Source of the DNA: Olivibacter sp.
GTDB taxonomy: Bacteria; Bacteroidota; Bacteroidia; Sphingobacteriales; Sphingobacteriaceae
NCBI GenBank assembly: GCA_048595275.1
Contig: JBMDWN010000024.1
Coordinates: 1,125-65,124 of the forward strand
Length of the DNA stretch: 64,000 nt
Reading direction: 5' to 3'
The translations under genes and the position numbers were made by a program. This document shows positions 1 to 8,995 of this stretch, in pieces. The notes beneath the pieces are model-generated. The model made no database searches, was not told the DNA's origin, and saw only the letters and a list, made by a program, of their open reading frames with translations. Each line of letters starts with the position of its first letter. Position 1 is the first letter of the stretch.

Positions 1-574
1 CACATTCTACGGCAATTATACTAAGCTTTTTATTAGGCTTATCAATCGTCAGGTATTCCTTTAGTAAGTCCTTATGAATAACGGAAACGATTGAGTCAAG
101 CAGATAGGAAGATGTTGAATCCCGACTGAATCTCAGCTTATGGAGCTCTGAATCCGCTGGCCATGCCTCCCGCATTTTAGTAAAATCGAGATACCTTTCA
201 ATCAGCGTTTGCGGATCGTCTTGATCCCTTACCGGCGACAGTAACGTCTCCTGGATCATTCTCCTTGACTTCAGAAATTCGATGATGTTGTCTCCGGTGA
301 ACAGTCCCGCCCCTTCAATTCCTCCAAGATTAATACCGAACTGAGAAGCGATACCCGCATAAGTGCTCATAATCCCCCCACCGCCGCTATCTTCTTCTAA
401 AACGAAACTAACCACCCCTTTATAGGTAGTTGTTTTTAGCTTCGAATACAGCGCGCCTGCACCTGCACCCAATAAAACACACAGAAGTAAGATCTTCCAT
501 TGACTTCTCAGATATCGAAAGTAAGCTTTAGCTTTTAAAATGAGTTCCTTTAAACTAACCTCGTCGTCCGCCAT
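1..574 (-). CDS. Wzz / chain-length-determinant family protein, N-terminal part (3' end runs off the window)
   Basis: I translated the minus strand from the ATG at 574..572: MADDEVSLKELILKAKAYFRYLRSQWKILLLCVLLGAGAGALYSKLKTTTYKGVVSFVLEEDSGGGG... The frame stays open to position 1. It has a short N-terminus, one TM helix and a Gly-rich segment, as in Bacteroidota Wzz/FepE/Etk N-terminal-domain proteins. It lies directly downstream of the Wza-like gene. It is absent from the ORF track because it is truncated. Confidence 0.7.
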   Translation of the reverse strand, partial: MADDEVSLKELILKAKAYFRYLRSQWKILLLCVLLGAGAGALYSKLKTTTYKGVVSFVLEEDSGGGGIMSTYAGIASQFGINLGGIEGAGLFTGDNIIEFLKSRRMIQETLLSPVRDQDDPQTLIERYLDFTKMREAWPADSELHKLRFSRDSTSSYLLDSIVSVIHKDLLKEYLTIDKPNKKLSIIAVEC

Positions 575-631
575 CTGTTGGTCACTATAGTTTTTTAAAT
601 TCTACCATCACTATAAAGATATTCCGGCAAA

Positions 632-3175
632 TTACCTGAATATGGCCACGATCACGGCTAGCGCTGAGGCCAATCCCGACCCTATCCCTACCCATTGAGC
701 AGCATTCATGCGCTCCCGTTCCAGACGTTGAGGGACAAAAATTTCAGACCCGGGTTTAATCTTCGGATAATTACTGATAAACAGAAACCTGCTGGTGCTT
801 TTTGCTGAACCATTCGCGTAAACAACATAAGCCCTTTTGCGCAGGGCACGTTGCGAAAACCCACCAGCCTGGGATATATATTGCTTAAAACCTTTATTGC
901 TGTTGTAGACCACCGTAACAGGTGCCAACACTTCGCCACTTACCCGGACCGTTTGCAACTGTTTAGGAACACGGAGGATGTCGCCCTCTTCCAGCAGGAT
1001 ATCCGACTTCTCGCCTGGAGACTGGAGTGCTTTCACCAGGTTAATCCCTACATAGTTACTACGGTTATACGACTGTTGCTGCCGAACTCCCGTAGTAGCA
1101 TCGACCTCCCCCTCTTGTAAAGCATTCAACCTGGATAAGCGCTCGCTTTGCAGCAATTGCTGCCGCTCCAGAGTCTCCTGATCCAAATTACTGGTGGAGT
1201 CCACATGCGAATCATCATAATCCTTCCTTTTCAAGGATGCTCCGTCAACAAAAGCGAAAGCCGTAAAGCCACCAGCTCGCTTCAACAGATCTGATAGTCT
1301 CTCATCTTTACGACTAAGCGTATACTCACCCGGATATACAACTTCCCCTTCGATTCGTACGGTCCGCTGTCGCTCATAGCCCGGCTCCACACGGACACTT
1401 ACCAGATCGAAAGGCTCCAGCACGAAATCATTATCACCGGTAAAATCTTTCCCGATATTCACATGGTAGATTTCTGCCGTGTTAGCTGATCTGGATAGTA
1501 CATCGCTATCTGCTACACGGCGGGATACTTCAACCCTTGTACCGGTTCCACTCTCGGTAAAGCCTCCAGCCTGCATAATCAATTGTTGCAGCGTCATTCC
1601 TTCTGAAAAGGAATATTTACCTGGCTTCCGAATCTCGCCGTTGATCTCGACTATAAATTCATTTCTTAGATCGAATATAGAAGAAATGAAAACGATGTCT
1701 TCCCTTTTTAACGCTATGTCCTCTTCCACACCGGCCAGAACATCCGCGACATTGAACGAAACCTGTTCTCGCTGCAAATCATCCTTCAACCGAATAAGGT
1801 AAGCCTTTTTCAAGAACGCGTCCTCTTTTACGCCATCCGCCTTCTTTATCAGCATGGAAAGCGTCAGACCGCTGCTTAGCTCGTATTGTCCCGGTCTGAA
1901 AACCGCACCATCTATGGATACCCGGTTAGTAAAACGATTCAACAATCTTTCAACAGTAAAACGGTCTCCACTCCGAACTTCAAACTGACCAAACTGCGAC
2001 AGCAGCACGTCTTCAATTTTGAACTCACGTTCTGTATTTCTGATCGCGGTTACCCGCTGTTTGTAAGCATTTTCAGTAAAATCGCCTGCATATCTTAGTA
2101 AATCTCCAAATGTCTCACCCGGTTTCGTCTCAAAAAGTTTTGGTCGCTTGACTTCACCGATCATTTCAACGCGGGATAGATAAGGGTCAACCCGAATCAC
2201 ATCCTGATCTCTCAGACTGACGTTTCCTTCCATGGTCCCCCGCTCCAGGAAGTCATAAAGGTCCAGATCTGCTATCACCTTGTTATTACGCAACACCTTT
2301 ATGCTTCTCAGCGATCCCCTGGAAGTCGGCCCACCAGAGCTGTACAAGGCATTAAATACTGTTGCAACAGACGGTAACGTGAACGTGCCTGGCATAACGA
2401 CTTCACCGGTAATAATCACTTTGATGCTCCTGATATTGCCCAGCGTAACAATTAGCTTCGTCTGACCATTCGTCAGCGCACTATAAACCTTCGACATGGC
2501 CGACTTTATCCTGGCCGTTGCCTGTTCAATGGTGGTTCCCCCCACATTGACAACTCCGACATAAGGAATATTAATGTTACCATCAGCGTTTACGACCAGG
2601 CTATAACTAGCCTGAGAATTACCGTATAAGTCAATCTGCAATTCGTCCTGAACGCCAACCACGTAATCCAGGGGTGTGGCAATCTGAAGGTTAGGCTCAA
2701 ATCTCGGGTTGGCATTCTGAAATAAATCGGCCCCGTAAATACGTTCTTTCAAATTTCGTTCTACCAACTCATTTCTAGTCAGTCCGTTAATAGAATCATC
2801 ATAAATACGAGAGCTATCCTCAATGCCCCCAACACGTCGATTAACATTAAGCGCGGAACTCTTTTTTGCAACACCAAATAAACCCTGATTTTCAGGCTGA
2901 CTTTGGTTCTGAACTTCAATTACACGTTGCCTGAGTTTTTCCATTTCTGTTGCACTCATGCCTCTTGCGGTTGCCATCTGCATCATTTGTGCTTCACTCA
3001 TCCCGGAAGACTCCGCTTGCTGGATAAAGCTCTGAATCTGAGCGTCACTCAAATCATCTACTCGTAGCTGGCTCAGGTCCTGGCTGTTTATATTTTGTGC
3101 TTGCGTTGAAAAACCCACAAAAAAAAGTAATCCAAATATTGCCAGTATGTGACCTACCTTTTCTTTAAAACGCAT
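632..3175 (-). CDS. wza: Polysaccharide export protein, Wza-like with multiple SLBB-type repeats
   Basis: 847 aa, ATG start. Signal peptide (GLLFFVGFSTQAQ). Six recurrences of the pattern GEV..PG.Y.......L..L...AGG (for example INGEIRKPGKYSFSEGMTLQQLIMQAGGFT). Hydrophobic C-terminal helix. Synteny with the Wzz-like gene and the glycosyltransferases. Confidence 0.85.
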   Translation of the reverse strand: MRFKEKVGHILAIFGLLFFVGFSTQAQNINSQDLSQLRVDDLSDAQIQSFIQQAESSGMSEAQMMQMATARGMSATEMEKLRQRVIEVQNQSQPENQGLFGVAKKSSALNVNRRVGGIEDSSRIYDDSINGLTRNELVERNLKERIYGADLFQNANPRFEPNLQIATPLDYVVGVQDELQIDLYGNSQASYSLVVNADGNINIPYVGVVNVGGTTIEQATARIKSAMSKVYSALTNGQTKLIVTLGNIRSIKVIITGEVVMPGTFTLPSVATVFNALYSSGGPTSRGSLRSIKVLRNNKVIADLDLYDFLERGTMEGNVSLRDQDVIRVDPYLSRVEMIGEVKRPKLFETKPGETFGDLLRYAGDFTENAYKQRVTAIRNTEREFKIEDVLLSQFGQFEVRSGDRFTVERLLNRFTNRVSIDGAVFRPGQYELSSGLTLSMLIKKADGVKEDAFLKKAYLIRLKDDLQREQVSFNVADVLAGVEEDIALKREDIVFISSIFDLRNEFIVEINGEIRKPGKYSFSEGMTLQQLIMQAGGFTESGTGTRVEVSRRVADSDVLSRSANTAEIYHVNIGKDFTGDNDFVLEPFDLVSVRVEPGYERQRTVRIEGEVVYPGEYTLSRKDERLSDLLKRAGGFTAFAFVDGASLKRKDYDDSHVDSTSNLDQETLERQQLLQSERLSRLNALQEGEVDATTGVRQQQSYNRSNYVGINLVKALQSPGEKSDILLEEGDILRVPKQLQTVRVSGEVLAPVTVVYNSNKGFKQYISQAGGFSQRALRKRAYVVYANGSAKSTSRFLFISNYPKIKPGSEIFVPQRLERERMNAAQWVGIGSGLASALAVIVAIFR

Positions 3176-3211
3176 ATTTCAATTCGCTATTTATCATGAT
3201 AATTTGCAAAG

Positions 3212-3238
3212 AAACGTTTTTTTTAGTAAAAAACGTTT
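3212..3238. other. AT-rich hairpin (11-bp stem, 5-nt loop) in the 98-bp gap between the GT2 and wza genes
   Basis: AAACGTTTTTT (3212-3222) is the exact reverse complement of AAAAAACGTTT (3228-3238). It could be a weak attenuator or processing site, or have no function. Confidence 0.3.
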
Positions 3239-3273
3239 TTCACACTATAGAACCTATAACGGCCAGGCCGAAA

Positions 3274-4089
3274 TCACGAATCAGCTACTAAAGCTACATC
3301 TACCTTCGCATTTCGTTCGGACCGCTGCCGATCCAGAAACCAGCCCCACTTATTAAAATATTTGATCGCCGATTGCATATGTATACGGGCCAGCTTCCCT
3401 CTTTCGTAAGAAGCCTTTCTGTAGGCATGAAAGATTTCCACAAATGGGAATATAACCGTTCTTCCTATTGAACCAAGCCGGCGATTAAGATCAACGTCTT
3501 CCAGGTACATAAAAAATCGTTCGTCGAACCCGCCAACTCGTCTTAACCCCTCAACCCTTATGAACATAAAGCACCCGGAAAGATTCGGAACATCTAAAAT
3601 TCGGTCGTAAGCATACGTCATCATCTCGTAACGCTCATTAGCTCGCTTTCGATAAAAAGGCATGAAGCGTCTTCCGAACAACTGCATCGGAGAGGGTAAC
3701 ATCTTTCCTAATCGTTGAAGTTGCTTGTCCGGATAAAGAATCTTCGGCATCACGTTCACCATATCCCGGTTCTCGCCCATAAACTGCACCAGCCGTTCAA
3801 TAACGGAAGATTCAAACCAAACGTCGGGGTTCAGCACCAGGTGATAAGCAGCATCAGAAACCAAGACCTTCTTTATCGCTAAATTATGTGCTTTACCAAA
3901 GCCCAGGTTACCATTATTGAAATGATACTCAATACGAGGATCTATTTCGGATAACGTCTTTAAATCATCCGTAGGAGAATTATCAAAGAGGTAGAGCTTT
4001 GAAACCAAGGGGGTTCCCAGACAACTCTCTACACAGCGAATTAATTCCTCCTGATTCTGCCTGTACAATACAACTGCTACGTGAACCAT
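3274..4089 (-). CDS. Family 2 glycosyltransferase (WbbL/rhamnosyltransferase-like)
   Basis: 271 aa, ATG start. GT-A start VAVVLY, then LFDNSP and NNGNLGFGKAHN motifs. Located inside the polysaccharide locus. Confidence 0.8.
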   Translation of the reverse strand: MVHVAVVLYRQNQEELIRCVESCLGTPLVSKLYLFDNSPTDDLKTLSEIDPRIEYHFNNGNLGFGKAHNLAIKKVLVSDAAYHLVLNPDVWFESSVIERLVQFMGENRDMVNVMPKILYPDKQLQRLGKMLPSPMQLFGRRFMPFYRKRANERYEMMTYAYDRILDVPNLSGCFMFIRVEGLRRVGGFDERFFMYLEDVDLNRRLGSIGRTVIFPFVEIFHAYRKASYERGKLARIHMQSAIKYFNKWGWFLDRQRSERNAKVDVALVADS

Positions 4090-4091
4090 AC

Positions 4092-4685
4092 CTAACTAAC
4101 CAGCTCCCAAGTTTCCGTTTCGAAATTATATCTTTTCAGCAGCCTGGCCGGATTACCCACAATCAATGAAAAAGGTGGAAAGGATTGCGTTACTACCGCA
4201 CTAGCTCCAATGACACAGCCTTCACCCAATTCAACTCCCGGTAAAATCACTACATTTTCTCCGAGCCAGCATCTTGAACCAATTCGAACAGATTTAGCGG
4301 ATAACGATCTTTTTATTGGTGCTTTCTGAATCTCCATTTTACTTGTTTGTCGAAAATCACCGTGATTATGATCGGTGATGAAGACCTTACTGGCAATCAA
4401 TACCTCATCCCCTATCTCTACGCTTTTTATAGCACCGATATGAACATAATCATTTAATTGCACCTGATTTCCAAGTCGTATGCATATCCCGGCTTCACGA
4501 TTCAATGGCAATGCTTCTATTCTGCATCCTACCCCGGTAGTGAGGTTATTTCCTAAATCCACAAACTTAGTGTTCCTTAGTTCAAAGGGAAACCTTATCA
4601 GTCTTGCTTTCGAATAAAGTAACTTTGTTTTAAAGAGGTTACTCAACATACGGAGGCTTCCTATTAACCCATATTTCTTTATCAT
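4092..4685 (-). CDS. Hexapeptide-repeat O-acetyltransferase (WcaF / maltose-acetyltransferase-like)
   Basis: Left-handed beta-helix repeats near the C-terminus (IGSRCWLGENVVILPGVELGEGCVIGASAVVTQ). I moved the start from the ORF-track 4829 to the ATG at 4685 (MIKKYGL...), which forms an ATGA overlap with the stop of the upstream GT2. Confidence 0.85.
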   Translation of the reverse strand: MIKKYGLIGSLRMLSNLFKTKLLYSKARLIRFPFELRNTKFVDLGNNLTTGVGCRIEALPLNREAGICIRLGNQVQLNDYVHIGAIKSVEIGDEVLIASKVFITDHNHGDFRQTSKMEIQKAPIKRSLSAKSVRIGSRCWLGENVVILPGVELGEGCVIGASAVVTQSFPPFSLIVGNPARLLKRYNFETETWELVS

Positions 4686-5500
4686 TTCCCCCTCCAAAAT
4701 ACGATTAGCACTCTTCTCAAATATTTTAAGATGGAGTATACCGTTAAAAATATATATTCCGGAAGACCAATAATCCCCAGTCGGCGGCCGGTGCGCAGAT
4801 TCTTCAATTCTCCTTTTTCCATTCCCCATAAATTGCTTGAAAGTCCCGAATAACCGAAGTTAGGCTTCCCATCTCCTGTTATAGCCACATCTTCATTAAG
4901 AAGGACACATCGATGGTCCTTGCATACTCGGATCCAAAAGTCTCCTTCTTCCGCATAACGTTGTTTTTCGTCAAAATATCCTACTGTTTCAATTAATTTA
5001 CGGCGAAAAACAACTGTTGGTGTTACAAAGAGTACTTTGTACATCAGAAGCCGGGCGGATATAACCGTCAAATTATCAAATCTTTTAAAGAACCAGCGGT
5101 CCAGCTTTTCCCCATTTCGCTGAGCCCCCAAAAAATCGATCTCCGGATTTTGACGAAAGATCTCCAGTTGGCGCTTTAGCTTTCCGGCACGCCAGGTGTC
5201 GTCTGAATCCAGCAAGGCAATAAATTCTCCTCTCGATGCTTCCATACCTACATTACGTGCTTTCGACACGCCTGAATTCGTCTGATTAATCAAACGAATG
5301 GATATTTGCTCATCTCCGGATTCGGAAATTATATCATTTAAAACGGCACTTGTCGCGTCAGTGCTACCATCGTTAACAACCACTATTTCAATAGGTCTGT
5401 AATTCTGACTGAGAACAGAGCGTACAGTTCGCTCAATTGTTTGTTCAGCATTATATGCTGGAATTACTACGCTTACTAAACTATTTCCCTGCTCTCTCAC
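4682..5500 (-). CDS. Family 2 glycosyltransferase
   Basis: VSVVIPAYNAEQTIERTVRSVLSQ, VVVNDGSTDAT and LLDSDD (DxD) motifs. The start codon is GTG at 5500, and there is no in-frame ATG before the GT-A motif. Confidence 0.88.
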   Translation of the reverse strand: MREQGNSLVSVVIPAYNAEQTIERTVRSVLSQNYRPIEIVVVNDGSTDATSAVLNDIISESGDEQISIRLINQTNSGVSKARNVGMEASRGEFIALLDSDDTWRAGKLKRQLEIFRQNPEIDFLGAQRNGEKLDRWFFKRFDNLTVISARLLMYKVLFVTPTVVFRRKLIETVGYFDEKQRYAEEGDFWIRVCKDHRCVLLNEDVAITGDGKPNFGYSGLSSNLWGMEKGELKNLRTGRRLGIIGLPEYIFLTVYSILKYLRRVLIVFWRGK

Positions 5501-5511
5501 CTCAAAGCCTT

Positions 5512-6672
5512 CTACTTCAAAACACCCGGTAATTGTGCCGTCAACTCCCGTGCAACGCTTTCAATTCTGTAATAATTTTTCATTTTCTCAATAGAATCCC
5601 GAAGCGTATCATAACCTCCATTTTTCCCGGATGAAATATTTTCGATACCAAGCCTCAGCGCTGCAAAATTATCAAATAAAATAAAGGCATCCTGATGATC
5701 ACGAGATATTTCTTCGAAATATGAGTTTCTGACTGCCAGAACAGGTAAGTTATATTTTAGTGCATCCAGAATAGCCCCGCTGCTGCTTAGTGTATAAGCA
5801 TCTTCCGGGTAGCAGAAAACGGCGTAGTGTGCTTCCCTACAAAGACTTGAATACAATTCCTGAGAAAGATATTTCCCATTTTCTTCATATATCCGTACCC
5901 ATGGATTTATAAAACTCGTCATTTCCGGAAGCAAAGAACCAACAAGCCTAAACTCGAAAACACCAGCTTCTACTTCAGCCCTGAAATAGTCGGCAAGTCT
6001 AAAGAACAAATCGGACTTCTTAGACAGTCTTGCCACCCCCAAGTGCGCAAACACAATGGGTTCGCCCGAAAATCGCTTTCCATCCATGTTTTCGAATATA
6101 TAGGGGTGATGAATCAGCAGAAGCTCTTCGCTTTTAAGAAAGCCCCGATTCATTAAATACGTTTTGATATTCTGCTCGAGCACCACATAATATTTATTAG
6201 GCTGTTTTTTCTTAAAAGCTCTTTTGATAAGACCTGCAAATAGTTGCTGAACGAGAGGTTTTGATGAACCCTCATTCAAAACATCCAGCCCGTGCAGGAC
6301 AATAGAGGTTTCGAAGGCTAGCTTTCTTCTGCTTAGAACGTACTGAGCGACCGGAGACAAAAAACAAAAAAAGATCTTATTTGGCTTATACTGATCTGCC
6401 TTCCGGAAAAGCGAATTTAGCAGCCTGAACTCATTCCAAAATTTCTTCAGCCAGGCACTTTTGCTGTGGTGTGTATTAGCATCAACCTTAACTGGCTCAA
6501 AATGAACCTGATCCGGGAAATTGTATAATTTTCCAAGCTGCTGTATATGACCAGGGTCTGCGAAAAAAACTATCCTTTCAGAAGGATATGCCTCTGAAAG
6601 AACCGCCAAAAACGCAGCATTGAAAGGAGCATGCTGTCCGAAGGTCATGAAGAAATCTGCTACAAATATCAT
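5512..6672 (-). CDS. Putative GT-B-fold glycosyltransferase (divergent)
   Basis: 386 aa from the ATG at 6672; the ORF-track start at 6723 is a TTG extension. The C-terminal half resembles a GT1/GT4 donor-binding domain (SSSGAILDALKYNLPVLAV). It is embedded between the polymerase and a GT2. The family assignment is weak. Confidence 0.5.
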   Translation of the reverse strand: MIFVADFFMTFGQHAPFNAAFLAVLSEAYPSERIVFFADPGHIQQLGKLYNFPDQVHFEPVKVDANTHHSKSAWLKKFWNEFRLLNSLFRKADQYKPNKIFFCFLSPVAQYVLSRRKLAFETSIVLHGLDVLNEGSSKPLVQQLFAGLIKRAFKKKQPNKYYVVLEQNIKTYLMNRGFLKSEELLLIHHPYIFENMDGKRFSGEPIVFAHLGVARLSKKSDLFFRLADYFRAEVEAGVFEFRLVGSLLPEMTSFINPWVRIYEENGKYLSQELYSSLCREAHYAVFCYPEDAYTLSSSGAILDALKYNLPVLAVRNSYFEEISRDHQDAFILFDNFAALRLGIENISSGKNGGYDTLRDSIEKMKNYYRIESVARELTAQLPGVLK

Positions 6673-6682
6673 CTGTTTTCCT

Positions 6683-7798
6683 TTACTCCCGCTGAAATGA
6701 ACTTGGCGAAAAAATAGTTTCAAAAGGGATATACAAGTCCCAGTAAACGGCGATAAGATTGTACAATCGGAATGCCCCGAATAGTATAACCAGTAATAGA
6801 CCCAGTACCCTATACCATTTATTCTTAATAGAGATGACTAGGTAGGATATGACAAATATTTCATATATCAGAAACCCAGTAGTAACACGCGCAATTACTG
6901 GCAGACTAATCATAACGACCAGATAAATTAAGTTCCCAAACACCAGTAAGTTCAGGTAACCCACGTAGTTCGCCTGATCTTTCTCTGAGACAAATCGTTT
7001 ACAATAAATGAAGATCGGAAGGAAGACTGCCCTTTTTAGCACTCCCACAGCAAAAGCAATATAGGGGTTTCCGGCAGTAGCCGTGTCTAACCCTTCCTCT
7101 TCGTAGAACATTAACTTATCTCCCACTCTCGAATCTATTCCTACAAAGTTGATCACGAATTTAGCAAGTAGTCCTGCAACGTCAAAAAAACCCATCACAA
7201 ATGCAATCAGCAACGTGCTATAAAGTAGAATAGGAGAAAACTTTATATGATAAATCCTGTATGCTGCCAGAAAAAGAATTGAGCTGATGTGTATGCTTGA
7301 CGCAATAAGCACCAAAATGATAAACTTAAGTAGGGTCCTCTCGCGTATGTACTTTGTCGCGTAAAGGGTAATTGATATAGCTAAAAACTGCCTTACCGCG
7401 AAAAGATCTGCAAAATAGTAACAGAAATACAGGAACAGACACATCATCATGGTGGAACGATGCTCATAAAAGACTTTGGCCTTAATCCCGATTGTCAATA
7501 GTGCTACCACAGCCAGGTACCCGGAATAATTCAATCCGAGTTGTGATAATCCGTAATTCAAATACGTAAAACCCCGTTCCATCATATTCAGTTCGGGATT
7601 CAAAACATAGCTTGAGACACTCTCGTAGAAGTCCAGATAGGAGACCCAATCCGTTCCGACGTTCCATCGAATAGCGCTTAATACGATGAGTACGATGACG
7701 AGAAAACAAAAAATTATTTTCTTTATTTTTCCGCCCCCTCTCAATACATCAAATAAGGCAAAAAACGCTAAAACGATGAACAGTATACCATAAATCAT
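6683..7798 (-). CDS. EpsG-family / Wzy-like polysaccharide polymerase
   Basis: 371 aa, about 10 predicted TM helices, and an N-terminus typical of the EpsG family (MIYGILFIVLAFFALFDV...). Very AT-rich. Located between glycosyltransferases. Confidence 0.75.
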   Translation of the reverse strand: MIYGILFIVLAFFALFDVLRGGGKIKKIIFCFLVIVLIVLSAIRWNVGTDWVSYLDFYESVSSYVLNPELNMMERGFTYLNYGLSQLGLNYSGYLAVVALLTIGIKAKVFYEHRSTMMMCLFLYFCYYFADLFAVRQFLAISITLYATKYIRERTLLKFIILVLIASSIHISSILFLAAYRIYHIKFSPILLYSTLLIAFVMGFFDVAGLLAKFVINFVGIDSRVGDKLMFYEEEGLDTATAGNPYIAFAVGVLKRAVFLPIFIYCKRFVSEKDQANYVGYLNLLVFGNLIYLVVMISLPVIARVTTGFLIYEIFVISYLVISIKNKWYRVLGLLLVILFGAFRLYNLIAVYWDLYIPFETIFSPSSFQRE

Positions 7799-7804
7799 AA
7801 AGGC

Positions 7805-8995
7805 CTAATTCTTTTCATGCAATAGCAAAGCTTCATAAAGTTCGTCCGCATTCCGACTATTATATGCACTAAGTTTACTATGAAGCTGCGAAATCTGGTC
7901 ATCGTAGAAGTCCTGATCAATAAGCAGTTTTTCAATCAACATGCAGTACTCTTTCGGTGAAGATGCGACTAATAAACCGATGTCTCTAAAATTTTCCAGG
8001 CCTTCCTCGCCTACACTACTTGTTACAACAGGCTTTCCAAAAGACAACGACTCGATGTTTTTTATTTTCAAACCCGAACCGACACTAACGGGATTAATCG
8101 CAACGTCCGTGTTTTCATATAATTTGAAAATCTCTTCGACCAATCCGACGGGTTCAATGCCTTCAAGCATCAAATCTTCCTGTACTTTAACCCAATTACT
8201 GATTTCTCCGGCTATCGTTAATTCAGCTTCTGGCACCACCAACTTCAGTCCGTTCCATACCGAACGGATAAAATAGGATATTGCATTCTGGTTGGCACTG
8301 TAGTTGGATGCCACATAGAGCAACTTCTTTCGTTTATTACGACGTGTAGTGAACCTGATATCGACCGAGTGTCCGACCGTAAATAAGTCCGACAAGCAGC
8401 CATTCTCCCTGAAAAAATCCCGCTCGACATCTTGAATACAAATTACCCGATCTGCCCTGTTTAAAGCCTTGATCTCATCTTTCACCGATATTCTGAACCG
8501 CTCCATCGGTTTTTCACCGGAATAAAGGTTAATAAACCGCAGGTGTAGCGAGTCATGGGTATCCAGGATTTTCAACGTGCCTGAAGGGGTGACATCGAAC
8601 AACCTGCTGTAATAGGTGTAATTCACATATACAAGGTCTGGTTTATAGGCTCCTAAGGTATTCCTGAAAAAAGTAATATCTCCTCGGTCGATAAAATCAT
8701 CCACTTTAACCGCTCGAAATTGTCTAAACCTAATAATGCTCTCTAACCATCTCCAACGCAAGCGATACAATAACCTTCGGCGGCCTTCATAAGCTTTGTA
8801 AATATAACGGTTGCCTAATGAGGCCCGCATTGGTTCGGGATCAAAGGGCGAATCCGGCAAATGTAAAAAGCAAAAGTCAATCTTCCAGACCTTAAATTGC
8901 TCTATAATTTTCGCAATACGAGTAGCATTACCCGAATGTTGCGGATAACAAGGCACGGGAGACACTATTAAGATTTTCTTTGCAGCTATATTCAT
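7805..8995 (-). CDS. Family 4 (GT-B) glycosyltransferase
   Basis: KKILIVSPVPCYPQHSGNATR at the N-terminus and a GT-B C-terminal domain (INPVSVGSGLKIKNIESLSFGKPVVTS). I prefer the ATG at 8995 (ATGA overlap with the wzx stop); an upstream ATG at 9025 is also possible. Confidence 0.8.
   Translation of the reverse strand: MNIAAKKILIVSPVPCYPQHSGNATRIAKIIEQFKVWKIDFCFLHLPDSPFDPEPMRASLGNRYIYKAYEGRRRLLYRLRWRWLESIIRFRQFRAVKVDDFIDRGDITFFRNTLGAYKPDLVYVNYTYYSRLFDVTPSGTLKILDTHDSLHLRFINLYSGEKPMERFRISVKDEIKALNRADRVICIQDVERDFFRENGCLSDLFTVGHSVDIRFTTRRNKRKKLLYVASNYSANQNAISYFIRSVWNGLKLVVPEAELTIAGEISNWVKVQEDLMLEGIEPVGLVEEIFKLYENTDVAINPVSVGSGLKIKNIESLSFGKPVVTSSVGEEGLENFRDIGLLVASSPKEYCMLIEKLLIDQDFYDDQISQLHSKLSAYNSRNADELYEALLLHEKN

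Noticed and set aside
4686-4829. N-terminal extensions in the ORF track: acetyltransferase to 4829, tyrA to 23403, response regulator to 54053, lipid kinase to 48413, GT-B to 6723 and barrel protein to 10633.
   Set aside because: The extensions overlap the upstream gene, and several start at TTG or GTG. Internal ATGs give canonical family N-termini and ATGA-type translational coupling.
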